64,000 nt of DNA from NCBI GenBank assembly GCA_041674705.1, contig JBAYVF010000001.1, positions 65,238 to 129,237 of the forward strand, written 5' to 3'. The DNA is from Candidatus Omnitrophota bacterium. GTDB taxonomy: Bacteria > Omnitrophota > Omnitrophia > Omnitrophales > Aquincolibacteriaceae. How positions within the stretch are numbered: position 1 is the first letter of the stretch; each line of letters begins with the position of its first letter. Under the pieces are notes generated by a model that saw nothing but the letters and a program-made list of their open reading frames with translations, did no database searches and had not been told where the DNA came from. This document shows positions 35,492-44,496 of the stretch, piece by piece. Both the position numbers and the translations under genes were made by a program.

Positions 35492-35608
35492 AAACATCAA
35501 GATCCAAGATGCAATAAACAAACAAGCACCAATCGCCAAAAAACAATCAAGGCTTGGTGATTGAATATTGGAATTTGTTTGGATCTTGTTTCTTGGTTAT
35601 TGGTGATT
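35492..35608. repeat. Long AT-rich word hairpin (CCAATAACC / TTGGTTATTGG family), copy 2
   Basis: The right arm ...ggatcttgtttcttggttattggtgatt is nearly identical to the reverse complement of the left arm of copy 1 (10336-10470). It is preceded by the palindrome atttcggc-tga-gccgaaat (35471-35490), which spans the dapF stop. Confidence 0.7.
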
Positions 35609-35652
35609 AAAATTCGAAAATAACGCAGTTAAGGATTTGTGAGGGATTATTT

Positions 35653-36540
35653 ATGAGCAAGAAAAAGTCTGTTTTTGAAGGTTCGATGGTCGCGCTGGTC
35701 ACACCGTTCCGTAACGGGAAGGTGGACGAGAAGGCGCTCAGAGGGTTGCTGGATTTTCATCTCAAGGAAGGCACGGACGTGATCGTTCCTTGCGGCACCA
35801 CCGGCGAATCCGCCACCATGTCGCACCAGGAGCACCGCGATACGATGACCTTTGTGGTGGAATATATCAACCACCGGATTCCCGTGATCTGCGGCTGCGG
35901 GTCGAATAATACGACCGAGGCCCTCGGCCTCGTGCAGCACGCCAAAAAGATCAAGGCCGATGGTGTGTTGGTCGTGACGCCTTATTACAACAAGCCGACG
36001 CAGGAAGGTCTTTACCGTCATTACGAGTATCTGGCCCGCCATGCGGACATTCCGATGGTGCTTTATAACGTCCCGGGCCGCACAGGCGTTTCTATCGCTC
36101 CCGAGACTGTAGCGAGACTTTCGAAGATCGATACCATTGTCGCGATCAAAGAAGCAAGCGGCAGCATGGACCAGGCGGATCAGATCATGCAGCTTTGCGA
36201 CTTGCCGCTTCTTTCGGGCGAGGATTCTCTCAATTTCCCCTTGATCGCGATTGGAGCGCGGGGCGTGATCTCGGTGGTTGCGAATATCGTCCCGAAACTT
36301 GTGAAGGGGTTGGTGACCGCGGCGCTTGCCGGGAACATGGAAGAGGCGTGTTCGATCCACAAGACGCTTTACCCGATCTCCAAAACGGTTTTCATCGAAA
36401 CAAACCCGATCCCCGTCAAAACGGCGCTCGGGATGATGGGCAAGATCAAGCCGGAACTCCGCATGCCGCTTTGTGAGATGCGTCCGGAGAATGAGAAAAA
36501 GCTCGTGGAAGTCCTTAAAAAACTGGGGGTTGTGAAATGA
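35653..36540 (+). CDS. dapA: 4-hydroxy-tetrahydrodipicolinate synthase
   Basis: GSMVALVTPF, GTTGESATMS, YNVPGRTG and the active-site IKEASG. Confidence 0.92.
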   Translation: MSKKKSVFEGSMVALVTPFRNGKVDEKALRGLLDFHLKEGTDVIVPCGTTGESATMSHQEHRDTMTFVVEYINHRIPVICGCGSNNTTEALGLVQHAKKIKADGVLVVTPYYNKPTQEGLYRHYEYLARHADIPMVLYNVPGRTGVSIAPETVARLSKIDTIVAIKEASGSMDQADQIMQLCDLPLLSGEDSLNFPLIAIGARGVISVVANIVPKLVKGLVTAALAGNMEEACSIHKTLYPISKTVFIETNPIPVKTALGMMGKIKPELRMPLCEMRPENEKKLVEVLKKLGVVK

Positions 36541-37340
36541 TCAGACTTGTGATGGCGGGCGCCTCGGGACGGATGGGGAAGACGATTCTTCAGCTGGCAA
36601 GCCAGGACAAGGCCTTCAAGATCGTGGGCGGTCTGGAGCAGCGCGGGCATGAGAGTCTGGGCCAGGATCTTGGGCCGGTCATCGGTGGCGATCTGATGGG
36701 TGTGAAAGTGACACAAGACGCGACGGCCGCTCTTAAGAACGCCGACGTTCTGATCGATTTCAGCCATTTTTCGGCGCTTCCGGAAAATCTCAAGGCGGCC
36801 GTGAAAACTCACACCGCCTATGTGATCGGGACCACCGGGATCCCGGCGGCGACACTCAAGCAAATTCAGATCGCTTCTCGCAAGATCCCGATCGTGCAAT
36901 CCCCGAATATGAGCGTGGGGGTGAACCTGCTTTTCCGGCTGGCGGCACTCGCCGGGAAAGTTCTGGACGAGAGCTATGATCTTGAGATCATGGAGGTCCA
37001 TCACCGGATGAAAAAAGACGCTCCGAGCGGGACCGCGCTGAAGCTTCTGGAGATCCTTCTTGAGGCCCGCGGCCGGGATATGAAAAAAGATGTGGTGTAC
37101 GGCCGCGCCGGGGAGACCGGGGCCCGTGAAAAAGGCAAGATCGGGGTGCTTGCGCTCCGGGGCGGGGACGTTGTCGGGGACCATACAGTTTCCTTCTTCG
37201 GAGACGGGGAACGGATCGAATTGGTCCATAAGGCTTCCTCACGGGAGGCTTTCGCCCGCGGCGCTCTTTTGGCCGCAAAATTCCTTGCGAAAAAGAAGCA
37301 GGGTCTTTATCATATGCAACATGTGCTGGGCATGGCCTAG
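36537..37340 (+). CDS. dapB: 4-hydroxy-tetrahydrodipicolinate reductase
   Basis: GASGRMG Rossmann N-terminus and EVHHRMKKDAPSGTA. Overlaps dapA by 4 nt (ATGA). Confidence 0.92.
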   Translation: MIRLVMAGASGRMGKTILQLASQDKAFKIVGGLEQRGHESLGQDLGPVIGGDLMGVKVTQDATAALKNADVLIDFSHFSALPENLKAAVKTHTAYVIGTTGIPAATLKQIQIASRKIPIVQSPNMSVGVNLLFRLAALAGKVLDESYDLEIMEVHHRMKKDAPSGTALKLLEILLEARGRDMKKDVVYGRAGETGAREKGKIGVLALRGGDVVGDHTVSFFGDGERIELVHKASSREAFARGALLAAKFLAKKKQGLYHMQHVLGMA

Positions 37341-37402
37341 CCAAGAGGTCCTTTCCCTAAGTTTTTCAATGCGTTATAACAAAAAGAAAAAACTTATCGG
37401 CG

Positions 37403-39109
37403 ATGAGAATTAAAAACTTTTTAATATTCTTCATCGCCCTTTTTCTGTCCGCGGCCTTCCCCTTATTGTCCCAGGAAAACACCCCGTCCGTTGAAGTGAA
37501 GCCTGCCGATTCCGCAAGTGAGGTCAAGCCTGTCGCGAATCCTGTCGCGGAAGTAAAGCCCGCGGTGAGTATGGCCACGGAGGCAAAACCCGCGATCGTT
37601 CCAGCTGTCGAAAAAAAACCTGCCCCGGCTTCCGTGCTGCCTGCCAAGCCTGCCGTGAACCTTTTTGCCGAACATTTTTATGCTCCGGCCCCGCAAAAGC
37701 TTGATCATAAAGTAAACGAGGTCCGCGGCTTTCCCGTCCTTAAGAACCATTCCCGCGAGCAGGACGCCGAATTTTTCATTGTGACAGATTTCGGAGGCGG
37801 CACTGTGAAGTCCCGTCCTCTTTCCGGGCTCAAAGACATGAAAGCCATCGACGATTACATCAAAAAGAACCTCAAGACCGCTAACTTCGAAGGGGTTGAG
37901 ATTCGCCAGCTTTCTATCCCGAACACGAAGGGTCAGGTCACGGAACTTTATTGGGTCGGGGAGCGGGCGTTCGTGTCAGCTCAAGAAGCGATGACCGCGA
38001 TCATTGCCAGCAAGACAAACGTGGAGTTACAGGGTGGTAATTTTGCCGAAGCCGTTCGGGCTGCACCGATCTATATCCCCGAGGCGGAAAAACCCGTTGA
38101 GGTGAAAACGCCCGCACAATTCCAGAAAGAAGAAGAGCTAATTCTCAAGTTTACCGACCAGTTGGGCATCGGGGAGAAAATGTACGGGGTCCTCCAGGGA
38201 GCGCCGTGCGGTACACCGATCACCTGGCAGTCCTTTGGCGAAACCAGCTGGCGCATGACCAATCTTGCTTCGAACCATTTTGACACGCAGGTGGGTTACT
38301 GGACCAATCGCCTCGTTTTCAGCGGTATCCGTTTTCCTCTGCATAACATCGATCCTTTCATTGAAGAAACGGTTTCCTTGCAATCCGATTCTGCGGATTA
38401 CGCCAGCAATTTACAGCTTTTCGCGGGTTTGGAATGGCGGCCGCTGGCGCGCAATCCCTGGCTTTTGAATTTTCAACCGTTCGGAGGGATTCCCATCCTG
38501 GAGTGGATGCGCAATTACCGTTTCTACATCAAGTACGGCAATCTTTATAACATAAAAGACAATATTACTAACAGCCGGGACTCCGATCTTATTTGGGGTG
38601 TTCAGTGTTACTACGAATGGGGTACGGAATTGCCGCCGTTGGATCAAGGTCGGCCCGAAAAGTTCACGGATTATCTCCGTCAGTATGTCTGGGGCGAATA
38701 TTTCGGAAATTACTACGTTTCAAAAACCGGTTTCAGTTCCGAAAAAAGCTTCAACGCCTTCATTGCGAATTCCACGATCACCCTGGGCATCAAGCTCCCC
38801 GGCATCCCGATCCCGCATAACTACATCAATGACGAGATCATCCTCATGCCGTACATGCGTTTCGAGCATGTCAATAACGCCTCTTTTTCGTTCTGGTATC
38901 AGAATCAGTACTTTATGGCGGCCGGAGTACGCTGGATGCCCTTCATGGCCTACAAGTGGAAAGAGAATGAGTGGCTTTCCAAGACCGCGGTCTTTGTGGA
39001 GTATGACGGTATCGGCGGCGCGCAGCGCGTCAAACAAAATGGTGAGCCCGCCCTGGTCCCTAATTACGACCTTCGCGCCGGCGTCAAGTTTTCGAGCCGC
39101 CGGTTTTAA
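37403..39109 (+). CDS. Secreted protein, probable outer-membrane beta-barrel
   Basis: Signal peptide (FLIFFIALFLSAAFPLLSQ), an (E/A)VKPA low-complexity repeat region, aromatic-rich alternating strands, and a C-terminal ...GVKFSSRRF ending in Phe. Confidence 0.5.
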   Translation: MRIKNFLIFFIALFLSAAFPLLSQENTPSVEVKPADSASEVKPVANPVAEVKPAVSMATEAKPAIVPAVEKKPAPASVLPAKPAVNLFAEHFYAPAPQKLDHKVNEVRGFPVLKNHSREQDAEFFIVTDFGGGTVKSRPLSGLKDMKAIDDYIKKNLKTANFEGVEIRQLSIPNTKGQVTELYWVGERAFVSAQEAMTAIIASKTNVELQGGNFAEAVRAAPIYIPEAEKPVEVKTPAQFQKEEELILKFTDQLGIGEKMYGVLQGAPCGTPITWQSFGETSWRMTNLASNHFDTQVGYWTNRLVFSGIRFPLHNIDPFIEETVSLQSDSADYASNLQLFAGLEWRPLARNPWLLNFQPFGGIPILEWMRNYRFYIKYGNLYNIKDNITNSRDSDLIWGVQCYYEWGTELPPLDQGRPEKFTDYLRQYVWGEYFGNYYVSKTGFSSEKSFNAFIANSTITLGIKLPGIPIPHNYINDEIILMPYMRFEHVNNASFSFWYQNQYFMAAGVRWMPFMAYKWKENEWLSKTAVFVEYDGIGGAQRVKQNGEPALVPNYDLRAGVKFSSRRF

Positions 39110-39128
39110 TCAAAATCCCAGGAATCTC

Positions 39129-42100
39129 ATGAACGTGCAATCCTCAAAAAAACAAAAAAGCAGCGGAAGAAAGAAAACCCTCCTTCCGCTTGTTTGTTTC
39201 CTCGTCTGTCTCATGAGCTTGAATGTGCCGTTTGCCTTCGCGAACATTCTTGGGAATTCTAATTTTGGCACAGCATTGGGAAATGGATCGGAAAACAACT
39301 GGCAGCAGAACTTTGATAATCCTTGCACCGGAGCTGATCCCGCGGGATGGCCTGCCGCATGCGTTTTTTTGCCGGATCTTTGGAGTAATGCCACCCTTAT
39401 TGGCAACGGCTATGCAGCCTCGTCCGGAACCCAAGCGCTTCATTTGAAGGCGTACTATCAGGATATTGGATTTTACAGGAATTCTTACACTTTTCAGGCC
39501 AATAACAATGTGAAGGCCGGGGATCTGGTCACTTTTTCAGCCAAAGCGCAAACCGATATTAAAGCCACAGAGACTGTCGGCGGTTCTATCGCGATCGAAT
39601 TCAAGGATGAATCGGATGTCAAGATTTCTGAAAAAGTCACGAGCGGAATTAAAATAAATACGGCTCCTTTGAATACATGGACGACCTTTACGGCTCAGGA
39701 AGTAGCGCCGGCCGGGACAAAAAAGGTTGTATTTGTTCTTAAGGCCGATGGAATCTCCGGAGGTTCCGCAACTTACGGCAATATCGTTTTTAGTGAGACG
39801 AACGCGGAAGTCAATCCCGCGAAACTGGTCGTCTCGGCTTCGAAAAAAAATGTGGCGCCGGGCGATGCCGTGGGGATCAATGCCCATTTTACCAATGCTT
39901 CCGGGAACACCTTAACGGGCGTTGAGCTGAGGGCCACGATCCCGCATGGTTTTGACTATACCGCCAAGTCGATACGCGTGAATGGCACCAAGGCTACTTA
40001 CCGGGAAGGGTCCTTGATCATTCCGATCGGAACGATGACACCGGGGGAGGTGTTTAATACGAGTTTTGTCATGCTTGTAACGAGTGGCGTTCAGCTCGGG
40101 CATGAATATTCCATGGAATTTACCATTGTGGGAAGTAGCGACCTCTCGGAAACAGCGAGCGTGAAGTTTCTGGTCCAGGGCGATCCGGTTTTCGAGCAGG
40201 GGACGATCATCGGAAAAGTTTTTAACGATATCAACCAGAACACCATCCAGGATAAAGGGGAAGAAGGCGTTCCCTGGGTGCGACTTTACACCGAAGAAGG
40301 GATCGGGATCGTGACCGACGAAAACGGTCTCTATCACATTCCGGGCGTGACTCCTGGCCGGCACGTGGTGAAGATCGACGGACACAGCCTGCCCGACGGA
40401 ACAAAGTTTATCACGGAAGAAGCCTATCTTGTGAAGACCACAGCGGGGATCATGAACAAGGCGAATTTCGCGGTGCTTTTACCGCCCTCCGGGATCCCTG
40501 AGAATTTCCAGAAAGATCTGACCGTGATGGTCACCCAAGGAGTGGATGTTTCGCGGCCGACTCTGGATGTTCAGATATCTCCGGATGTCGTGAAACTCGG
40601 GGTCGGAGTTCTTGAGAAAGAGCCGGTGTTCACGTTCGACAATAACTACGGGAAATTTATCAAAAAATGGACCGTGGAAGTCCGGGACGAAATAGGCCAG
40701 CCGGTGTGGACCGGCTACGGGATCGGACAGCCGCCTCCGGAAGTCACCTGGTCCGGGATCGCAGAGTCAGGTCTTTTGATCAAGCCCGGCATGTATTCTT
40801 ATCAGCTGAAGGTCCGTGATTCAAAGAACCGGGAAGACTGGACACCTCTCAAATTTTTTGAGGTTATGACGAAGCTCAATCCGAAGGGGAAATCGAACTA
40901 CCATCCCGAGGTCCCGCCGGTCGGCGATTTCAATCTTATGAAGGACGGCCAGCGAAGCATTCCTCTTACCGCAAAACCCGTCGTTCGTGTTCAGGGGAAA
41001 ACGCAGTCCAAAAACAAGATCGAGATCAACGGTACGCCTGTGACGGTTGACGGGACGAGCGGCATGTTCCAGAAGGAATTCTTTGTGGAACCGGGGGAAT
41101 ATAGTGTGGCGATCTCGGCAACGACGCCGGAAGGTGAGACCACGAGTTTCACAAAAAAGATCAAGGTGAAGGACAGCACGTTCTTTATGGTGGCTTTGGG
41201 CGAGGAACAGTTGGGCACCAATTGGGCGAGTGGCGATATGGAGTCTGCGGAGTCAGAAGTTTACCGCGACGGGTTTCGCCAGGACGGGCGCGTGTCTTTC
41301 TTTTTAAAAGGTAAGCTCAAGGGCAAGTTCCTCGTGAAGGCCAAATACGATTCCTCTGACCGGCGATCCGCGCTTTTCACGAATCTTAACCCGAACGATT
41401 ATTACCCGATCTATGGCGATAACTCGACACGCGATTATCAGGCGCAGGAAACCACCCAGCAGCTTTTCGTCTTAGTCGAGATGGACCGTTCTTATGCTCA
41501 ATGGGGAAGTTTCAAGACCGAGTTCACGGATACGGAGCTTGCCACGTACAATCGGACGCTCTCGGGGCTCAAGGTCAACTTTGATACGGTTTCGAGTACG
41601 GTCTACGGCGATCCCAAACGCGGGTTCAAGGTTTTTTATGCGGAATCCGATCACCGGGCAGATCACAACGAACTTTATGCTACCGGCGGTTCGCTTTTCT
41701 ACACGCGTAACCGCAATATCATAGAAGGCAGCGAAAAGATCCGCGTCGAGATTCGCGATAAGATTCAGAATATGACGGTCGCCAGCTATGACCTTCAGGA
41801 AGGCGTTGATTATGAGATCATTTATGAGGAAGGGCGCATTTTTCTTTCCCGGCCGCTTTCTTCCGTGGCCGCGTCGGACACCTTGACTTCGACCGATATT
41901 TTGGACGGCAGTCCGGTGTATTTGATCGTCGATTATGAATATGATCCCAATTCTTCGGAGGCCTCAGTCCCGAATGAGGGCATACGGGCCTACACCTGGG
42001 TGGGCGATCACTTGAGGGTGGGCGCGACGGGGGTGACGGAAAAACGCGTGGGTTCGGATTATGACATGGTCGGTGTGGATGGCATGCTAAAATTCGGGCG

Positions 42101-43811
42101 CAATACGAAGCTTACGGCGGAATATTCCCGGACGATCGGCCAACAAATGGAAACTTCGTTCTCGGCTGACGGCGGGATCAGCTATACGGATTTGGACCCC
42201 CTGGTTGGAAGACATACACGGCCCCAGAACGATGCTTATCTCATTCGAGGTTCTTCGGAGCCTGTGAAAGGTTTGGAAACGACGGGCTATGTCCAGGGTG
42301 TCAATCCGAGTTTTTCGGATGGTTATATGCGCGACCAGGAAGGATTGGAAAAGTATGGCGTCGCCGCACGGTACAAGTTTACGGACAGCCTGGCTATCCG
42401 GTATCGTTTCGATCACAATGCGGTTCTCAGTCAGTTGATGCCGCTGGATGAGACGGGCCTCTACGCTCCGTTCCAGGCGCTTGAGACCCAAACTGCGCAG
42501 GTTGTTTACGATGACGGGCAATATCTTGCGGAACTGGAATATCAGAACCGCAACCTGGACGAGGTCCCGATAGAGAACGAAAATCCGAGCATTGAGAACC
42601 AGATCCCTTTCAAAAACGGTGTGACGGGTAAGTTGGGCTACCACATTAACGAGCGTCTGCTCCCGTACATCAAAGTTCAGACCGCGATCGCCGGAAAGAA
42701 TGATCATCAATTCGGCGGTGGCGTGCGTTATGAGGTCCTGAATAATCTTTTCGCTTATCTGGAAGAGATGGTGGGGCCTCTTGGAGATTCGACCTATTTC
42801 GGGTTTGAACGCCAGCATGGGAACGGCGCCCGTAGTTACGCAAACATCCGCTCCCTCGATCGCGGGATCGGGGATAAAACACTTGCCACCGCTATTGGAA
42901 ATTCATTCTCGCTTACCGAAAAATCGCGCATGTATTCCGAACGCGAATATTCTTCTTATCAAGGCAGCGACGGCTACGTAGACATCCTGGGTTACGAGGG
43001 AAAAGCGGGAGATCACTGGGATTACGGGGCCAAGTACGAGCGTCGGCGCATGACGCTCACGAAAAACAGCAACTTTAACACGGGTGGCGTGAGTCTCGCC
43101 TATGCGAGCGGGAAGAAACTCCGGGCACGAACTTATTGGGAATTGCGCCGCAATCAAGATGCGCCGAAGATGGGTCAGATCGTCACGCGCAACTCTTTCA
43201 ATTATCAGCTCACCGAAGACCTGGGCTTTCTTTCTTATTTTAATTATGGAGATACCCGTCAGTACGATCCGAATAACACCCCAGCGACCTTCGTCGAGTG
43301 CAGCACCGGCTTTGCTTACCGTCCCATCAAAAACGACAAGCTGAATTTACTGGGGCGCTACACGTACCTCAAGGATATCGGGGCCGACCAACAATACGAT
43401 AATTCTTATTACAACGGTTTTCAGTTCGATCAGTCGGCCCACATTCTTGCGACGGATATCGCTTATGACCTGAATCGCTATTTCGGCCTGGTCGAGAAAT
43501 TGGCTTTCAAGCGTTCTTCGGTCCACACTTCGGTGGGCGACACGGTTTCGGTCAATAGCTTCCTGACGGCCAATCGCATCAATTTCCATGTGACGCGCAA
43601 ATGGGACCTGGCCCTGGAATACCGGATCCTGATGCAAACGTATGCCCTGGATACTTTTAAGCAGGGGGCTTTGGTCGAAATTGACCGTGAATTTTATGAA
43701 TACGTGCGGCTCGGAGTGGGGTATAATTTCACCGACTTCAGCGACGACTTGCGTGACACGAATAATTTCAAGAGTAACGGACCGTTCGTGCGTATGACCG
43801 GAAAATTTTAA
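39129..43811 (+). CDS. Very large surface protein with CARDB/DUF11-like and SdrD-B/Cna-B-like modules plus a C-terminal ~800-aa putative beta-barrel
   Basis: The true start is the ATG at 39129 (MNVQSSKKQKSSGRKKTLLPLVCFLVCLMSLNVPFAFA signal peptide). The ORF-track extension from 38598 overlaps the upstream gene. IIGKVFNDINQNTIQDKGEEGVPWVRLYTEEGIGIVTDENGLYHIPGVTPG is an SdrD-B-like module. The C-terminus FVRMTGKF ends in Phe. Confidence 0.55.
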   Translation: MNVQSSKKQKSSGRKKTLLPLVCFLVCLMSLNVPFAFANILGNSNFGTALGNGSENNWQQNFDNPCTGADPAGWPAACVFLPDLWSNATLIGNGYAASSGTQALHLKAYYQDIGFYRNSYTFQANNNVKAGDLVTFSAKAQTDIKATETVGGSIAIEFKDESDVKISEKVTSGIKINTAPLNTWTTFTAQEVAPAGTKKVVFVLKADGISGGSATYGNIVFSETNAEVNPAKLVVSASKKNVAPGDAVGINAHFTNASGNTLTGVELRATIPHGFDYTAKSIRVNGTKATYREGSLIIPIGTMTPGEVFNTSFVMLVTSGVQLGHEYSMEFTIVGSSDLSETASVKFLVQGDPVFEQGTIIGKVFNDINQNTIQDKGEEGVPWVRLYTEEGIGIVTDENGLYHIPGVTPGRHVVKIDGHSLPDGTKFITEEAYLVKTTAGIMNKANFAVLLPPSGIPENFQKDLTVMVTQGVDVSRPTLDVQISPDVVKLGVGVLEKEPVFTFDNNYGKFIKKWTVEVRDEIGQPVWTGYGIGQPPPEVTWSGIAESGLLIKPGMYSYQLKVRDSKNREDWTPLKFFEVMTKLNPKGKSNYHPEVPPVGDFNLMKDGQRSIPLTAKPVVRVQGKTQSKNKIEINGTPVTVDGTSGMFQKEFFVEPGEYSVAISATTPEGETTSFTKKIKVKDSTFFMVALGEEQLGTNWASGDMESAESEVYRDGFRQDGRVSFFLKGKLKGKFLVKAKYDSSDRRSALFTNLNPNDYYPIYGDNSTRDYQAQETTQQLFVLVEMDRSYAQWGSFKTEFTDTELATYNRTLSGLKVNFDTVSSTVYGDPKRGFKVFYAESDHRADHNELYATGGSLFYTRNRNIIEGSEKIRVEIRDKIQNMTVASYDLQEGVDYEIIYEEGRIFLSRPLSSVAASDTLTSTDILDGSPVYLIVDYEYDPNSSEASVPNEGIRAYTWVGDHLRVGATGVTEKRVGSDYDMVGVDGMLKFGRNTKLTAEYSRTIGQQMETSFSADGGISYTDLDPLVGRHTRPQNDAYLIRGSSEPVKGLETTGYVQGVNPSFSDGYMRDQEGLEKYGVAARYKFTDSLAIRYRFDHNAVLSQLMPLDETGLYAPFQALETQTAQVVYDDGQYLAELEYQNRNLDEVPIENENPSIENQIPFKNGVTGKLGYHINERLLPYIKVQTAIAGKNDHQFGGGVRYEVLNNLFAYLEEMVGPLGDSTYFGFERQHGNGARSYANIRSLDRGIGDKTLATAIGNSFSLTEKSRMYSEREYSSYQGSDGYVDILGYEGKAGDHWDYGAKYERRRMTLTKNSNFNTGGVSLAYASGKKLRARTYWELRRNQDAPKMGQIVTRNSFNYQLTEDLGFLSYFNYGDTRQYDPNNTPATFVECSTGFAYRPIKNDKLNLLGRYTYLKDIGADQQYDNSYYNGFQFDQSAHILATDIAYDLNRYFGLVEKLAFKRSSVHTSVGDTVSVNSFLTANRINFHVTRKWDLALEYRILMQTYALDTFKQGALVEIDREFYEYVRLGVGYNFTDFSDDLRDTNNFKSNGPFVRMTGKF

Positions 43812-43830
43812 GAATTTCATAATAAACTTT

Positions 43831-43892
43831 GTCATCCCCGCGAAAGCGGGGATCCAGTGAGTGGATTCCCGATAAAAACATTCTGGAATGAC
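43831..43892. repeat. GTCAT...ATGAC nested palindromic element, copy 4
   Basis: gtcatccccgcgaaagcggggatccagtgagtggattcccgataaaaacattctggaatgac. Confidence 0.8.
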
Positions 43893-43933
43893 AACTTGTT
43901 AGAGGTTTTGATCCTCTGGCGAATAAATGGGAG

Positions 43934-44344
43934 ATGCTTATGAAGAATATTTTGACCGCGATGCTTGTCCTCATCCTGGGTCTCGGGTTGGCCGGATGCA
44001 ATACCGTCGGGAAAGTCCTTCCGATCAATGATGAGGTGCTCGTCTACAAACTCCCGTATGACCTGACCTATCTCCGGACGATGGAAGCGATCGATGACAA
44101 GGGCGCTTGGCAGCTTGAGGAGACCGATAAGGAAAAAGGCATCATTACCGTGCGGGACACGAATTATAGCCGTCTTGATGACTCGGATCTGAGGGTCATC
44201 ACCTTCGTGGTCAAGCGCGTGGATCGCGGGACCACATCCGTGTCCATCGACCCCAAGAGTCAAAAGGTCTGTGGCGGTAAAGAGCTTCTGAAAGCCATTA
44301 GCGAAGCTTTAGGCCGCGAGATCAAGCCCGATTCTCCATCCTAA
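43934..44344 (+). CDS. Lipoprotein, function unknown
   Basis: Lipobox LGLAGC after a hydrophobic signal sequence. 136 aa. The last five codons lie inside repeat 44327-44496. Confidence 0.6.
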   Translation: MLMKNILTAMLVLILGLGLAGCNTVGKVLPINDEVLVYKLPYDLTYLRTMEAIDDKGAWQLEETDKEKGIITVRDTNYSRLDDSDLRVITFVVKRVDRGTTSVSIDPKSQKVCGGKELLKAISEALGREIKPDSPS

Positions 44345-44496
44345 ATGAAAGGTTAATGGGGCTAGTCCTGGCCACCTTTCAGGAAAAAAATAGTCCCAAT
44401 ACTATTCAATTTCCACCGTGTGGAAATTGGGGCAATCCTGACTAACCATGATGAAAAAGAAAATGAAAGTCAGGATAGAGGCCAGGGCAAGCCCTG
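44327..44496. repeat. ~170-nt structured repeat (PHSPSK-element), copy 1, spanning the lipoprotein 3' end and the uvrA 5' end
   Basis: Aligns along its full length with 45226-45398. Contains the internal palindromes caatttccac...gtggaaattg and tcctgac...gtcagga. Bracketed by the direct repeat CAAGCCC (44323-44329 and 44488-44494). Confidence 0.8.

Noticed and set aside
38598-39128. N-terminal 177-codon extension of the giant ORF.
   Set aside because: It overlaps the 3' end of the 37403-39109 gene out of frame. A convincing signal peptide starts at ATG 39129.
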